Assembly: GCF_004010195.1 (NCBI RefSeq)
Contig: NC_057711.1
Span: 80,511,846 to 80,575,845, forward strand
Reading direction: 5' to 3'
DNA length: 64,000 nucleotides
From: Chiloscyllium plagiosum
Lineage: Eukaryota
Shown: piece by piece, positions 37,905 to 50,714 of the stretch
Numbering within the stretch: the stretch's first letter is position 1
Layout: every line of letters begins with the position of its first letter
Made by a program: the position numbers and the translations under genes
The notes under the pieces: generated by a model
Told to the model about the DNA's origin: nothing
The model's database searches: none
What the model saw: only the letters and a program-made list of their open reading frames with translations

Positions 37905-40900
37905 TACATAGAAACATAGAAATATTGAAAATAGAAACAGGACTAAGCCAACTGATCCTTTGAGCTTGCTCCACCATTCAATATGACCATGGTTAATCAT
38001 CTATCTCGGTTCGCTGTTCCTGCTTTCTCCTCATACCATTTGATTCCTTTAGCCCTAACAACTACAGTGGAAACTCGATTATCCGAACAAGATGGGTGGG
38101 CACTATTTCGTTCAGATAATCGATTATTCGGAAAATCGATTAAATGCCTTTCCTCTAGGGCTCGGAGTTTTTAAAGTCTGCTCCTCGTTCAGGAGACTGC
38201 AGCAGCACATAGCAGGTGAGCCCCTGTCCTCAACACAGTCCCCGCCACACACCCCGCTCCCCTCCCCGTCCACCCCCAGCCTCTCTCCGGGGCAACCGGA
38301 CTGCACACCAACAACAAAACTGCTGCTGCTGCAGCTGCCTTTGTGGGGTAAGTCTTCAAAATAGCGCACAGACACAGCCACACACACAACTATTTTACGG
38401 CAAATTTTTGACAGGTTCCAGGTTTACCCTGCACAGGACAATGTTGGAGAGATTATTCCTGGGTAGCGGAAGGTTAGGGTTCACCCCTCTATAGAACTCC
38501 AGGGGAAGTATGGGAAGAGAGACGGGGCAGGAGGTCAGTCATTTGGAGACGGTGCCTTTTTAATCACTGTAAACAAAAGACGCGTTCAGTGTTGGAAACA
38601 CGTATTTTTGGATAATTGGCATTTGGATAATCGAGGTTCCCCTGTATATCTATCTTGTTCTTGAAAACATGCAATGTTTTGTCCTCAACTATGTTTGCTG
38701 GCAGAGAACTCCACAAGCTCACCATTCTCTGGGTGAAGGATTTTCACTTCATAGCAGTTCTAAATGGCTTACCCATACTCTTAGACAGTGATCTCTATAT
38801 CTGGAATCTCCAGTCATTGACAACATCCTTCTTGCATTTATACTGTCTAGTCTTTAGAATTTTATGGTTTCTTTGAGATGACCTCTCATTCTTCTAAACG
38901 CCAGTGAACATAGTCATAGCCGACAAAGTCTCTCTTCATACATCTGCCCTACCATCTCAGCAATCAAGCTGGTAAACCTTTGTTGTACTCCTTCTGTAGC
39001 CAGGACATCCTAATGAAACCAAAACTGCACACAATGCTTCAGGTGTCATCTCACTAAGGCCGTGTATAATTGCAGTACAATTGAATCCTCTCACTATGAA
39101 GACTAACATACCATTTGTCTTCACCACCAGTGATTGGTGTAAAAGGACACCCAAGTGTTGATGCTTTCCCCCTTTCCTAATCTATCATCATTCAGATAAT
39201 AATCCACCTTCCTGTTTTTGCTATTAAAAGTGGGTAAATATGAAGGTTTCACATTATAGTTCAGCTGCCATGCACGTGTTCACTCATTCAACTTGTCCAA
39301 ATCATACCAAAGCATTCTCCTTACAGTTCATCCTCCCAGCCAACTTTGTGTTTGCAGACTTAGAGATATTTCATATAATTTTCTCATCTAAATCATTAAT
39401 TATATATCCTGTGAATAGCTGGTGTCTTAGCACTGATGCCTGTAGTACCCCACTGGTTACTGCCACTCAGTAAATGACCAGTTTATTCCAAACGTTTTGT
39501 TTTCTGTCTGCCAGCCAATTCTCTATTCATGACAGTGTACTAGACAATTCAATACAGTTTAACTTTACATGCTAATCCATCACTGAGTCATAGAGTCAGA
39601 CAGCATGGAAACAGACTCTTTGTCCATATGTCTTTTAAATGTTGTGATTGTGCCCACATCCACCACTTCCTCAGAAATCCATTCCACACATGAACCACTC
39701 TCTGTGTAAAAACATTTGCCATTTGTCTTTTTCAAATTTCTCACCTCTCACCTTAAACATTTGCCCTCTTGAAATCCCCTATCTTAGAGAAAAGATAACT
39801 GCCATTAAGCCTATCTAAATCTCTCATTATTTTATAAACTTCTGTAAGGTCTTCTCTTATCAAATGGCTTATGAAAGTCCAAATACATTATATCCCCCAG
39901 TTGTCCCTTATCAACACACCCTTGAAAAAGAACAAAAGATTTGTCAAGCACAATTTCACTTTCATAAATCCATGCTGACTCTGCCCAACTCTGTCATTGT
40001 TTTCCCAGTGCTCTGTTCTTAAAATGTCTAAAATGGACTCGCCACTTTCCCAATACCAAAGTCAGGCTTTGGTCCCTGTTTTCTCTCTACCTCTTTTTAG
40101 TCACAATGGGATTACATTAGCTATCCTCTAATCCACAGGAACTGTTCCAGAGTGTATAGAAACTTGAAAGATAATTACCAATGCATCCAATATTTATAGA
40201 TCCACTTCCTTATGTAGGATATAGGGCCCTGGGGATATGTCAGCTCCAATTTCCCTAACACCATTTCCCAACTAATGCGGATTCCTGTACATTAACTCTG
40301 TTTAGTCATAGAGACGTACTGCACGGAAACAGACCTTTTGGCCCAACTCATCCATGCCGATTAGATGTCCTAAATTAATCTAGTCCCATTTGGCCCATAT
40401 CTCTCTAAACCCTTCCTATTCATGTACCCATCCTTATGCCTTTTAAATGTTGGGTTTTCCTTTCTAAATCCCATACTCTGACATCATCCATTAAATTATT
40501 ATTCCTTCTGTTAGTGCTAACTGTAATGCTGAGTATTTTGCAAGCCCTGATATTCCCCATTATCATCCTTCCTTGGTCCCCATGCCCCTGTCAAGTTTAA
40601 ATCCCTCCCAATACACCAGCAAAACACTCTACATGGAGCTCAGTCCCGGCTTTGTTCAGTTGTACCTCATCCGGCTTGTCCAGGTTCCCTAAAGCCAGTC
40701 CCAATGTCTCAGAAATCTGAAGTTCTCCCTTGTACACCACCATTCCAATCATGCATTCAGCTGCCTTCTCCTCCTATTTCTGTACCCTCTTGCACATGGC
40801 ACTGGGAGTAATCTGGATAGTAATATACTTGAAATTCTACTTGCTCACTTTCCCTGAATTCTGATTTCAGGAATCTGGCTATTCACTCTCCCCTCAAAAA

Positions 40901-41130
40901 ATGTCTTGTAGTTGATCTGTGACATTCTTGTTCCTGGTACCATGGAGACAACATACTATCCTGGAATCACATTGATGACCACAGAATCGTCTGTTTGTTC
41001 CCCTAAGTAATGAATCCCCTTTCATAATCATACATCCTTTCTTCTTTCTCCTGAACATTCTTCTATTAGATTTTGTTTTCTGCTGGTGGCAACAGCTGAC
41101 AAATTTGCCACAATTGCATTTCAGGATATA
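37905..41130 (-). mobile_element. Degenerate long CR1, interrupted by a MITE and two HER1 fragments (~39582-39860, ~40303-40452)
   Basis: 3' tail (catagaaa)n at 37905; RT remnants at 39300-40250; ORF1 esterase GDSLLRGTNRRFCG...RIVCCL at ~40900-41030. Confidence 0.75.
38065..38644. mobile_element. Non-autonomous pogo/Tigger-like DNA transposon (MITE, 580 bp)
   Basis: TIRs cagtggaaactcgattatccgaa / ttggataatcgaggttcccctg; TA duplication at 38063-38064 and 38645-38646; subterminal gataatcga repeats. Confidence 0.85.
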
Positions 41131-41189
41131 CAAATTTGACTCCTTTTAATTTCATTGAACGTAGGAGACCAAGTGAACTGAAAATAAAT

Positions 41190-41642
41190 ATAAGACCATA
41201 AGTCATAGGAGCAGAAATTGGGCTATTCAGCCCCTCAAGTCTGCTCTGCCTTTCAACCGTGGCTGATAAATTTCTCAACCCCATTCTCCCGCTTTCTCCT
41301 GTAACCGCTGATCTCTTTGGTACTCAGGAACCTATCTTTCTCAATCTTAAATATACTCAATGACCTGGCCTCCACAGCTTCTGTGGCAATGGATTCCATT
41401 GATTCACCACTTTCTGGCTGAAGAAGTTTCTCCTCATTTCCATTCTAAAGGGTCTTCCCTTTATTCCAAGGTTGTGCCCTCAGGTCCTAGACTCTCCTGC
41501 CAATGGAAACATCTTCCCAACATCTACTCTGTCCAGGCCGTTCAGTATCCTTTATGTTTCAATTAGATGCCTCCTCATCCTTGTAAACTCGATCAAGTAT
41601 AGACCCAGAATCCTCAAACATTCCTCATATTTTAAGCCTTCA
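41190..41642 (-). mobile_element. CR1 3' fragment
   Basis: (aagaccat) tail and CR1 3' UTR reversed. Confidence 0.8.
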
Positions 41643-41857
41643 TGACGAAACTTGCACTTCATTGTAGCAATTTGCTGAATTTGATCTGTAATTGTTTCTT
41701 CCAACTTTCCAAGCTGAACCGATGTAATGACTGATTATGTTTAAGGGGCACTTGACATCCTTTTCCTCCTGACTTGAAAGTGGCAATGTTTGATTGAATC
41801 CAAAACCCCATTCAATGTCAGTCTGACAACTTAGATTTTCTGTCAGGTACAAGTGAA

Positions 41858-42178
41858 CAATAAAATCATGAGGGGCATAGATAAAGTGAATAGCAAGGGG
41901 CTTTTCCCTAGGGTGGGGGAGTTCAAAACTAGGGGAGATATTTTTAAGATGAGAGCAGCAAGTGTCAAAAATGATTTGAAGGGCAATCTTTTTGCGCAGG
42001 GAGTGGTTCATGTGTGGAATGAACTGCCAGAGAAAGTGAAAAGTTCATGAATAGGAAAGGCTTCGAGGGATTTGGCCCAAATGCAGCTAGGTGGGACTAG
42101 TTTAATTTGGGAACATGGTCAGCCTGGGCTAGTTGGACCAAAGGGTCTCTTTCCATGCTGTCTGACTCTATGACTCTA
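41858..42178 (+). mobile_element. HER1/CR1 3' fragment
   Basis: KIMRGIDKVNSKGLFPRVGEFKTRG...VWNELPE. Confidence 0.85.
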
Positions 42179-42369
42179 CTCTGTGCCTCTTGCCTTCAGC
42201 TAGAAATGAACAAGGTATTGAAATTTCATGTGATGGACTTCTGGAAAAAAAACAATTTTCAGAATTTCTCTGACAGAATTCTGGGTCAGTGGGAAATTTA
42301 ATTATTCTGACATTGCACTCTGCACATTGAAGTGCGTGGCTTCTTGCACCAGTAAGCATTTGCATGTAC

Positions 42370-43440
42370 CATAGAATCGTAGAGCCATAGAGATGTACAG
42401 CATGGAAACAGACCCTTCGGTCCAACTTGTCCATGATGACTAGATATCCTAAATTAATCTAGTCCCATTTGCCAGCATTTGGCACAAATCCCTCTAAACC
42501 CTTCCTATTCATATACGCATCGAGATGCCTTTTAAATGTTGTAATTATACCAGCTTCCACCGCTTCATCTGGCAGCTCACTACATACACACACCACCCTC
42601 TGTGTGAAACCGTTGTCCCTTAGGTCCCTTTTAAATCTTTCCCTTCTCATCCTAAGCCTATGCTCTCTAGTTTTGAATCCCCCACCCCAGGGAAAAGACT
42701 TTGTCTATTTACCCTATCCATGTTCCTCATGATGTCATAAACTTGAGGGTCACCCCTCAGCCTCCGATGCTCCAGGGAAAACAGCCCTAGCCTATTCAAC
42801 CTCTCCCTATAGCTCAAACCCTCCAATCCTGGCAACATCCTTGTAAATCTTTTCAGAACCTTTCATGTTTCACAACATCCTTCCTATAGGAGGGAGAGTG
42901 AAGTTGCATACAATATTTCAAAAGTGGCCCTACTAATGTCCTGTACAGCCACAACATGATCTCCCAACACTTATACTCAATGCGCTGACCAATAAAGGAA
43001 AGTATTCCAAATGCCTTCTTCACTATCCTATCTACCTGTGACTTCACTTTCAAGGAACTATGAACTATTCCAAGGTCTCTTTGTTCAGCAACACTCCCCA
43101 CAATCTTGCCATTAAGCGTATAAGTCCTGTTTTGATTTGCCTTTCCAAAATGCGACCTTGCATTTATCTAAATTAAACTCCATCTGCCATTCCTTGGCCC
43201 ATTGGTTCATCTGATCAAGATCCTGTGGTACTCTGAAGTAACCTTCTTCGCTATTCACTACACCTCCAATTTTGGTGTCATCTGAAAACCTATTAACTTT
43301 CCAGTCAGGCCAGTACGCTGATTGACCAGCAATCATTAGACCCAGCCAGCCACATTTAAAAGGAGGATTCTGTCCTGGAGACTAGAATTGACGAAAAGCA
43401 GTGGACCCAGCACTGATCCTTGTGGCATGCCACTGGTCAC
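42370..43440 (-). mobile_element. HER1/CR1 RT-to-3' fragment
   Basis: FSDDTKIGG, WQMEFNLDKC, QRDLG, RLGLFSLE; a [13 protein letters not shown] piece lies at 43393-43440. Confidence 0.88.
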
Positions 43441-43687
43441 CACTTGTACATGGCCTGTGACTTGTGGGTCGCTATGCAGTCAAAAGTCACAAAGTTTGGG
43501 AACGGGATTTTGCACTAAGTGTGTCAATGCTTCCCCTGCTGCTTCTGCCCCTTCCAGCCATGATTCTGAAATTTCAATATTGCTGCGCACAACCGAAAAG
43601 CAATTCTACTCCCTAGTAGAATCCTCCTTTTAAATGTGGCTGGCTAGGTCTGATGATTGTTGGTCAGTCAGTCTACTGGCCTGACTG
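43302..43687. repeat. ~70-bp inverted repeat (43302-43371 and 43618-43687)
   Basis: cagtcaggccagta...catttaaaaggaggattct vs agaatcctccttttaaatg...tactggcctgactg. Confidence 0.9.
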
Positions 43688-43699
43688 TAACTACAGATT

Positions 43700-44370
43700 A
43701 ACTCTCTGAAGACTGACAAAAATTATGTGCAGCAGGCCTTATATCACAAGATTACAAATGGCTTGCAACTTCGCCTATAGCACAACAATCTGCAGGTTTG
43801 TTTGCAAATCGGGGCTAGAATTTCAAACCAATGTATCTTCTGAACAATTAAAACATGAATGCTTTGTTTTATATCTTGCATTAAGTAGATGAAGATGTTA
43901 TAAAATTATGTTCTACCACAAGGTCTTTGTTGCTCTGGCAATAAGGATGGTTTGAAACGTGTCACTGCTGAATGAATAATCAGGTAGTTGCTGCAGTTGA
44001 GTTTTTAAACATTTTTGTTTTTAAAAACATGTTGCAGATGAGCTGCCTTGACATCTTTACACCTCATGCTGTCAACTTGCTGAAACCTAAACCTGGTTAT
44101 TTTAGTATGGTTGTAACCTGTCCTTATTTCGATGTAACAACACACCATCTCTCTAGCTTTTCACCGACACAGTGAAGTATTTTCTGGATTATGTTTAGCT
44201 GACATGTTCTGGGGAATTTAAAGCAGTGAGGTGATTGATCTATGATGCATAATTCATTTGCTTTCAAACCATTCTTATCCAATAATTGCTCCAGTTTCTT
44301 ACTGGCAGTTGGTAGGTTCCTTTGAAATTTTAATTGATCTCTTAGCACTGGACTGCTGGGATTTTAGCAC
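43700..44370 (-). pseudogene. Decayed coding segment, spectrin-repeat/coiled-coil-like
   Basis: PVLRDQLKFQRNLPTASKKLEQLLDKNGLKANEL...EKLERW, then frameshifts and stops; non-repeat sequence. Confidence 0.45.
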
Positions 44371-44557
44371 AGAAATGAAGGCAATTCCCATAGGGTCTAA
44401 AAACAAACATTAGATGGCTTCTAAAAAAAGACTCTTTTATATGGATCTGCATGGGATGTATAATCAGTTCCCCTTATGAGTGAGTGTAATATCCAACAGG
44501 ATACTGACTGTTTGCTGAAATTGAAATTAACCTTTTGAATTATGCAGGTCCCAACAC

Positions 44558-44832
44558 AGAGTCGAGAGTGCGGTGCTGGAAAAGCACAGCAGATCAGGCA
44601 GCATCCGAGGATAGATGAAGGTGGGGGGAGAAGGTAATAGATTGGAGAAGAGGGTGGAGCAGATAGATGGGAAGGCAGGCACTGAGGAAGGAGATGTGGT
44701 TGCGGTAGTGAGTCTGCTTCAGGATGTGGCTGAAGAGCTTCAGGGTAGAGGAGATGACCTGGGGGGGAGGGGGGGAATTAAGACAGAGACTCACTGAGAT
44801 CCTTGGAGAGAGAGAATGAGAACTCTTCAAGG
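44558..44832 (-). mobile_element. Penelope-like remnant
   Basis: PLE terminus joined to an RT N-terminal piece (QVISSTLKLFSHILKQTHYRNHISFLSAC). Confidence 0.7.
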
Positions 44833-45564
44833 TTGTAAGTTTGAAGTTGTACTTGCACCATTGCTTTGACTTGAGTTAATACTTAAGACACACAGGGCTT
44901 AGCACATGTGTTTCATTCATATCATGAAGACCACATTTTGGGAACTCCCTTAAGTAAAAAAAAGACATACTTTGACTGATCTGCCAGGGACTTTTGTTTC
45001 TTACCAAGCCTGACACTGTAACTACAGTTGTATCAAACAATTCATATGTCTTTCCAAATGTATAAATATGTACATACACACAAACATGTATCAAATATAA
45101 ATGTTGGACTGATCGGTGAAATGGCCTAGTGTCAAGGAGTATAAATTAATTCAACTCACTAAACCACCTCCAATGAAGTGCGCATGGAATACATAACCTC
45201 AGATACTTTGGGATCAGATCTTCCAGCCTCCAGTTCATTGTATCCCACACAATAGACAATGAACTAGTTGCAAGTCCCAATGTACTGATTATGTGGAAAA
45301 GTCTGTGAATTTTGAACTAAAAATGAACAATTTCCTGGCATCCACAAAATTCTCCAAACCAGAGCTAGAATTGGAGACTCCAAAAGGTTTCAACTCACTT
45401 GCTTTGACAGTTACCCAGGAAAAGTTAAAAGTATTTCAAAGACTTCTAACACCTTGGTAACGATATAACCATTACCACCCCCAACCCTGACTCACTTCTT
45501 GGCCCTCTGACTCCTCCGTGGACCTCCTGACCCTCTCCCAGATTCCCTAACACTCCTACAACTC

Positions 45565-46250
45565 AGGAGAAAGTAGGGACTGCAGATGCTGGAGATCAGA
45601 GCTGAGAGTGTGATGCTGGAAAAGCCCAGCAGGTCAGGTAGCATCCAAGGAACAGGAGAATCGATGTTTCTGGCATAAGCCTTTCATCCGTTGCACTCGA
45701 TGTGGTCTCCTCTACGTCGGGTAGACAGGCCACCAACTCGTGGATTGTTTCAGACAACCATCTAACCCCACTGCCCCATAGCTGAACACTTTTAACTCCC
45801 CCTCCCACTCAACCAAGGAGATGCAGGTCCTGGGTCACCTCCATCACCAAACCACCCGATGCCTGGAGGAAGAACGCCTCATCTTCTGCCTTGGGACCCT
45901 GCAACCACATGGGATTAATATGGATTTCACCAGTTTCCTCATTTCCCCTCCCCCACCTTATCCCAGTCCCAAGCCTCCAACTCAGCACCGCCCTCTTGAC
46001 CTGTCCATCATCTTTCCCATCTATCTGGTCCACTGTTCTCTCCGACCTATCACCTTCTTCCCCCACCTTCATCTACCTATTGCATTCTCAGCTACCTTTC
46101 CCCCAGCCCCACCACCCTCCCATTTATCTCTCAGTGGCCCTATCCCACAAGCCTTATTCCTGATGAGGGGCTTATGCTCAAAATGTCGATTCTCCTGCTC
46201 CTCAGATGCTGCCTGACCTGCTGTGTTTTTCAGGCACCACACTCTCAACT
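45565..46250 (+). mobile_element. Penelope-like element 3' part with inverted 5' terminus
   Basis: RCTRCGLLYVG, MQVLGHLH...LEEERLIFCLGTLQPHGINMDFTSF; 45565-45690 is the inverted copy of the 3' end. Confidence 0.85.
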
Positions 46251-46269
46251 GCTACAACATCAATGTATA

Positions 46270-46461
46270 ATTTTAGTTACATCACACTGCAAATTTTTGC
46301 TATAAATTCTGTGTTACGATCGAGCCCTCCACAATCACCTGATGAAGGAGCATCGCTCCGAAAGCTAGTGTGCTTCCAATTAAACCTGTTGGACTATAAC
46401 CTGGTGTTGTGTGATTTTCAACTTTGTACACCCCAGTCCAACACCGGCATCTCCAAATTAT
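46270..46461 (+). mobile_element. Penelope-like terminus (family 2)
   Basis: Same sequence as 23950-24103; contains an intact hammerhead. Confidence 0.75.
46336..46370 (+). ncRNA. Minimal type-I hammerhead ribozyme, complete core
   Basis: CAC-CTGATGA-a-GGAGC atc GCTCC-GAA-AGCT-A-GTG: stem I CAC/GTG, 5-bp stem II, palindromic AGCT stem III. Confidence 0.8.
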
Positions 46462-46579
46462 AAAAATGTATGTACACTCGGTTAATCTTTTCAAAAGCAG
46501 ATAGTGTGAGATCGTTTTCCTCTTTATAAGAATGATAAAAGCAGACTAGTGACATTATTGCATGGAAACTTCACTTTAC

Positions 46580-47558
46580 ATAGAGTTATAGAGTCATAGA
46601 GATGTATAACATGGAAACAGACCCTTTGGTCCAACTTTTCCATGCCAACCAGATTCCCAACCCAATCTAGTCCCACCTGCCAGCACCGGTTCATATCCCT
46701 CCAAAATCTTCATATTCATATATCCATCCAAATGCCTCTTAAATGTTGCAATAGTACTAGCCTCCACCACTTCCTCTGGCAGCTCATTCCATACACGTAC
46801 CACCCTCTGCATGAAAATGTTGCCCCTTAGGCTTCTTTTATATCTTTCTCCTTTCACCCTAAACCTATGCCCTCTAGTTCTGGACTCCCCCACCCCAGGG
46901 AAGAGACTTTGTCTATTTATCCTATCCATGCCCCTCATGATTTTATAAACCTATATAAGGTCACCCCTCAGCCTCTGACGCTCCAGGGAAAACAGCCCCA
47001 GCCTATTCAGCCTCTCCCTATAGCTCAAATCCTCCAACCCTGGCCACATCCTTGTAAATCTTTTCTGAACCCTTGCATATTTCACAACATCTTTCCAATA
47101 GGAAGGAGACCAGAATTGCAGGCAATATTTCAACAATGGCCTAACCAATGTCCTGTACAGCCGCAACATGAACTCCCAACTCTTGTATTCAATACTCTGA
47201 CCAATAAAGGAACGCATACCAAACGCCTTCTTCATTATCCTATCTATCTGCAACTCCACTTTCAAGGAGCTATGAACCTGCACTCCTAGGTCTCTTTGTT
47301 CAGCAACACTTCCTAGGACCTTACCATTAAGTGTATAAGTCCTGCTAAGATTTGCTTTCCCAAAATGCAGCACATCGCATTCAATCTCCACCTGCCATCT
47401 TTGGCCCATTGCCCCATCTGATCAAGATCCCATTGTCATTTGAGGTAACCTTCTTTGCTGTCCACTGCATCTCTAATTTTGGTGTCATCTGCAAACTTAC
47501 TAACTCAATCTCTTATGCTTATATCCAAATAATTTATATAAATCATGAAAAGTAGTGG
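46580..47558 (-). mobile_element. Relatively young HER1/CR1 3' ~1 kb
   Basis: ORFs 46951-47409 and 46594-46938 encode the CR1 ORF2 C-terminus; KFADDTK near 47480. Confidence 0.92.
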
Positions 47559-48439
47559 ATCCACATGCATCAGAACAATGTTATAATTTTTGCATTATGG
47601 TGATTTTTAGTATGAAAAATTGAGGAATTGTGAGATTAAGTAAGTTACTTCCATGTGCTTTAGAAGAATTTCGCAAGACCTGGTTCAAATATTTAAAAAT
47701 AAGCATCTTAAGACCTTTTAGGACAAAGGAACAAATCTCTTTTCTCTCAAATCTTGCCTAGATTGTGAAATTCACTTTCCCAGAAGGTAGCAAAAGCAAC
47801 ATCTTCAAATTTATTCAATCCTGCCTTAGACAGCTGTTTTGATACATGAGGGACTCAAGGATTATATGTTACAGACAAGAAACTAGAAATGATGCAACGA
47901 CCAAATCAACCACAGTCTCATTGAATGGCAGGACAGGCTCAAAGGGGTGACTCCCTCCAAGAGCCTATGCTCCTCTGTCAGTTCACCTAAAGTAGATCCC
48001 AGTCCCAAAGTGGCCACTATTCCCAACTCAGAATGGAAATTTCCATTAATTGTGTCCATTTGATGCTGATCATCACACTGCACCCCAAATCTCAGACACC
48101 AAAAGTGACAGCAATTTACTATCTGTGGCCTGGGGTTGCAGTGAGCAGCAGTTCATTAAAACCTCACTCAGGCCTGTTTCTCATACTGATGCTATAATGA
48201 CTTCTATTTTAAAAAGATTCTTCAAATCCAGTCAGCTGATCTAGCACCATCTGTAGATTTAAGCTATTGATTGACTCAATTCTTGAACTGCAACAATTTT
48301 TTGCTTCCAATGTGTTTGTATTATACAGGAACAGCAATGAGCTGAATGGTCAGTTGAAGAGTTTTGATATCGTTGGAGAGGCATAGAATAAAACACCAGA
48401 TGTATTTCCTAATCTAACTTCAAAGCTGACCTCCTAAAC

Positions 48440-48955
48440 CAGAAGAACAAGAAGTTAGGAACCTGGGAATGGAAATAGGCTATTCACCTCACTAGGCTTA
48501 CTTTAGTTAGATAATGGTTGAGCAACACCACTTTCCAACACTGTCACCACATGTCTTGATGTCATTAATCTTCAGAAGTCTTTTAATTTTTCCCTTGAAC
48601 ATTAACAATTATTGAATACCTTCAGTCCTCTGGGTAAAGATTTCGAAAGATTCACCACCGGCTGCGTGAAGAACATCCTCTTATTTCTGTCTTAAGTGAC
48701 CTACCCCTAAAACCAAGACTGTGTCTCTTTAAACTCACCTGCCAAGTGAAATATTCTACCTATACCCATCTTGTTACACATAGTAAGAATTGTGGATGCT
48801 TCAGAGAATCTAGGAAGTACAGACCCAGTCACCTCAGTCTCTCCTCATAAAACAGTTCTGTCATTAATGCGATTAATCAGGTCAAATTACATTGCCCACC
48901 CTCTGTGGCAAATTTATCCCTCCTTAGATAAGGGGAATAAAATTATGCACCATTA
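48440..48955 (-). mobile_element. Old CR1 3' fragment
   Basis: Reversed 3' UTR and an FFTQPVVNL-like region. Confidence 0.6.
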
Positions 48956-50149
48956 GGATAATATCTCAATTAAAGGTTGAGCTGTGATAATTCAGATCTA
49001 CTTCAGTAGTACTGTAGCAGCTTCAGTATGACACACAAACACGGTATGCTGAAGTCTTGAAATAAAGCTTGAACTGACTAATTCCTGATTCTGTGAAATG
49101 AGTGCAACCAACTGAGCCAAATTGACACCAAAACTCTCACCGATGTGGCTGCAAAGATTCTAGTTGCAGGGAAGGAACAGTTCCTTTACAATATCTCAAG
49201 CATTAGGAACCCACTTTATTCTCATATATTTGTTAGTGACAGATTGTATTCTTCACTCCTGCTGAAAACCACGTGCTGTGAATGCTGTACTGCTGACCTT
49301 TGTTGAAACAAAGCCAGAAAATGCTTTTGTTTGGCTGTCCAATTTCCATCAGGTCAAAAAACCAAAGCATTGTTGGCAAGCTTCAATGAACTGACGCAGT
49401 TAACTTCTCATTGTCTGCTGATTGTTTTCTGGCAGTAAGGCAAGGACATACCCTCTAAGATCGGAAATGACCTTTGGTATTTATTTACTCTCTCTGAATA
49501 GTATCTTGTGGCTCGTTGCATTTTGATTTTCTATATCAGCAAACAGTCATCAGTATAAGTCTTCTGATACACTAACTGACTTTGTGTACTTCTAATTAAA
49601 ATGCACAGTAGTTGTTAAGTAGTATACTAATGCCAAATAATTAAATTTCATTCAGTATTAAACTGCTACATTCTGTGATTTGACTGTAAGGTTAAACTAA
49701 TTGCTTGCAAAAAGTTGTAGAGTGTTTAATATAACATACATAATGAATAACGTTTGAATCACCAAATAGCATGTATCAAAGAATTACTATTCACATCATC
49801 AGTGTTTGATCAATAGATAGTTAAAGTTCAGATGATTCAGTTGTTCAATATACATAGGGATCAGGAAAATTCTTGTACTAAAATGAATTATCTGTGCTGT
49901 TTACCAAAGGCAGTAATTCAGCAGTGATCGGTCTATGTATTGCTGTGCAACATGGATGTTAATACTTCTTGTCCTTGTCTTTCTATTTCATTGCTCCTAT
50001 CTGTTACTGCTGCCGTATGGGCCCCATGGGTACATTAGCAGTCAACCCAGGAAGTGTGTTTAAGTAATGGACATAATGTTCACATTTGCTAGACTAGCCT
50101 TGTCCCTAATCATAAATTATTCTTCCCCAAGGCTCAAGCAGAACATTAC

Positions 50150-50610
50150 CTGGAAGCTGAAGATTTAATCCTTTTCAGCTGACTGAAGGAAATGATTACA
50201 GCCTTATTTTCTTGAGCACACTGTCTGCTGAAGGTGCCTTTCTGTCCCCAACTTTAATAGACAGTAAATTTTATTTCCTTTGAGGCAATTGATTCTGAAT
50301 TTCAAATAAGATAAATCTTTAGAATGCGTTTGAGAGTCAGTTGTTGATTGGTCAGGCAATTGTATCTCTAATAAATGTACTGTGTACAGAAATGTCATTG
50401 CTCATGTGATCAAGACATTATGAAGTATGTCCAGAGATAACAGTGAAAACAGACAAAATTAGTGTGTAAAGGAAAGAATCTTCAACTGGAGCAGTGGCTT
50501 TGTTAACAGCTGGAAAGACACTTTGGGGTAAATTTATATCGGGGTTCACCTCTGTATCTGCTGTAACTTTGGAAAGTACATTTTACCCAGGTCTTCTGCT
50601 AAAGCTAAAA
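50150..50610 (-). pseudogene. Decayed nesprin-2-like giant-exon fragment
   Basis: Frameshifted peptides ...EIQNQLPQRK / NLLSIKVGDRKAPSADSVLKKIR resemble recalled nesprin-2 FLTLEGRNSKIKQVDSVLKHVK. Confidence 0.5.
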
Positions 50611-50714
50611 TGGGAAAGCATCATAACAAACAATGTAACTAACTGCGCTTGCAAACAAGGTCAATGGGTATCAAAGATATCGGCTGCTCAGGGCTATTAA
50701 ATGGTACTATGTAT

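Noticed and set aside
43645..43670. CTGATGA as a hammerhead core
   Set aside because: No stem II or GAAA follows
46594..47409. ORFs resembling database 'hypothetical proteins' (also 36105-37168)
   Set aside because: CR1/HER1 ORF2 fragments, not host genes
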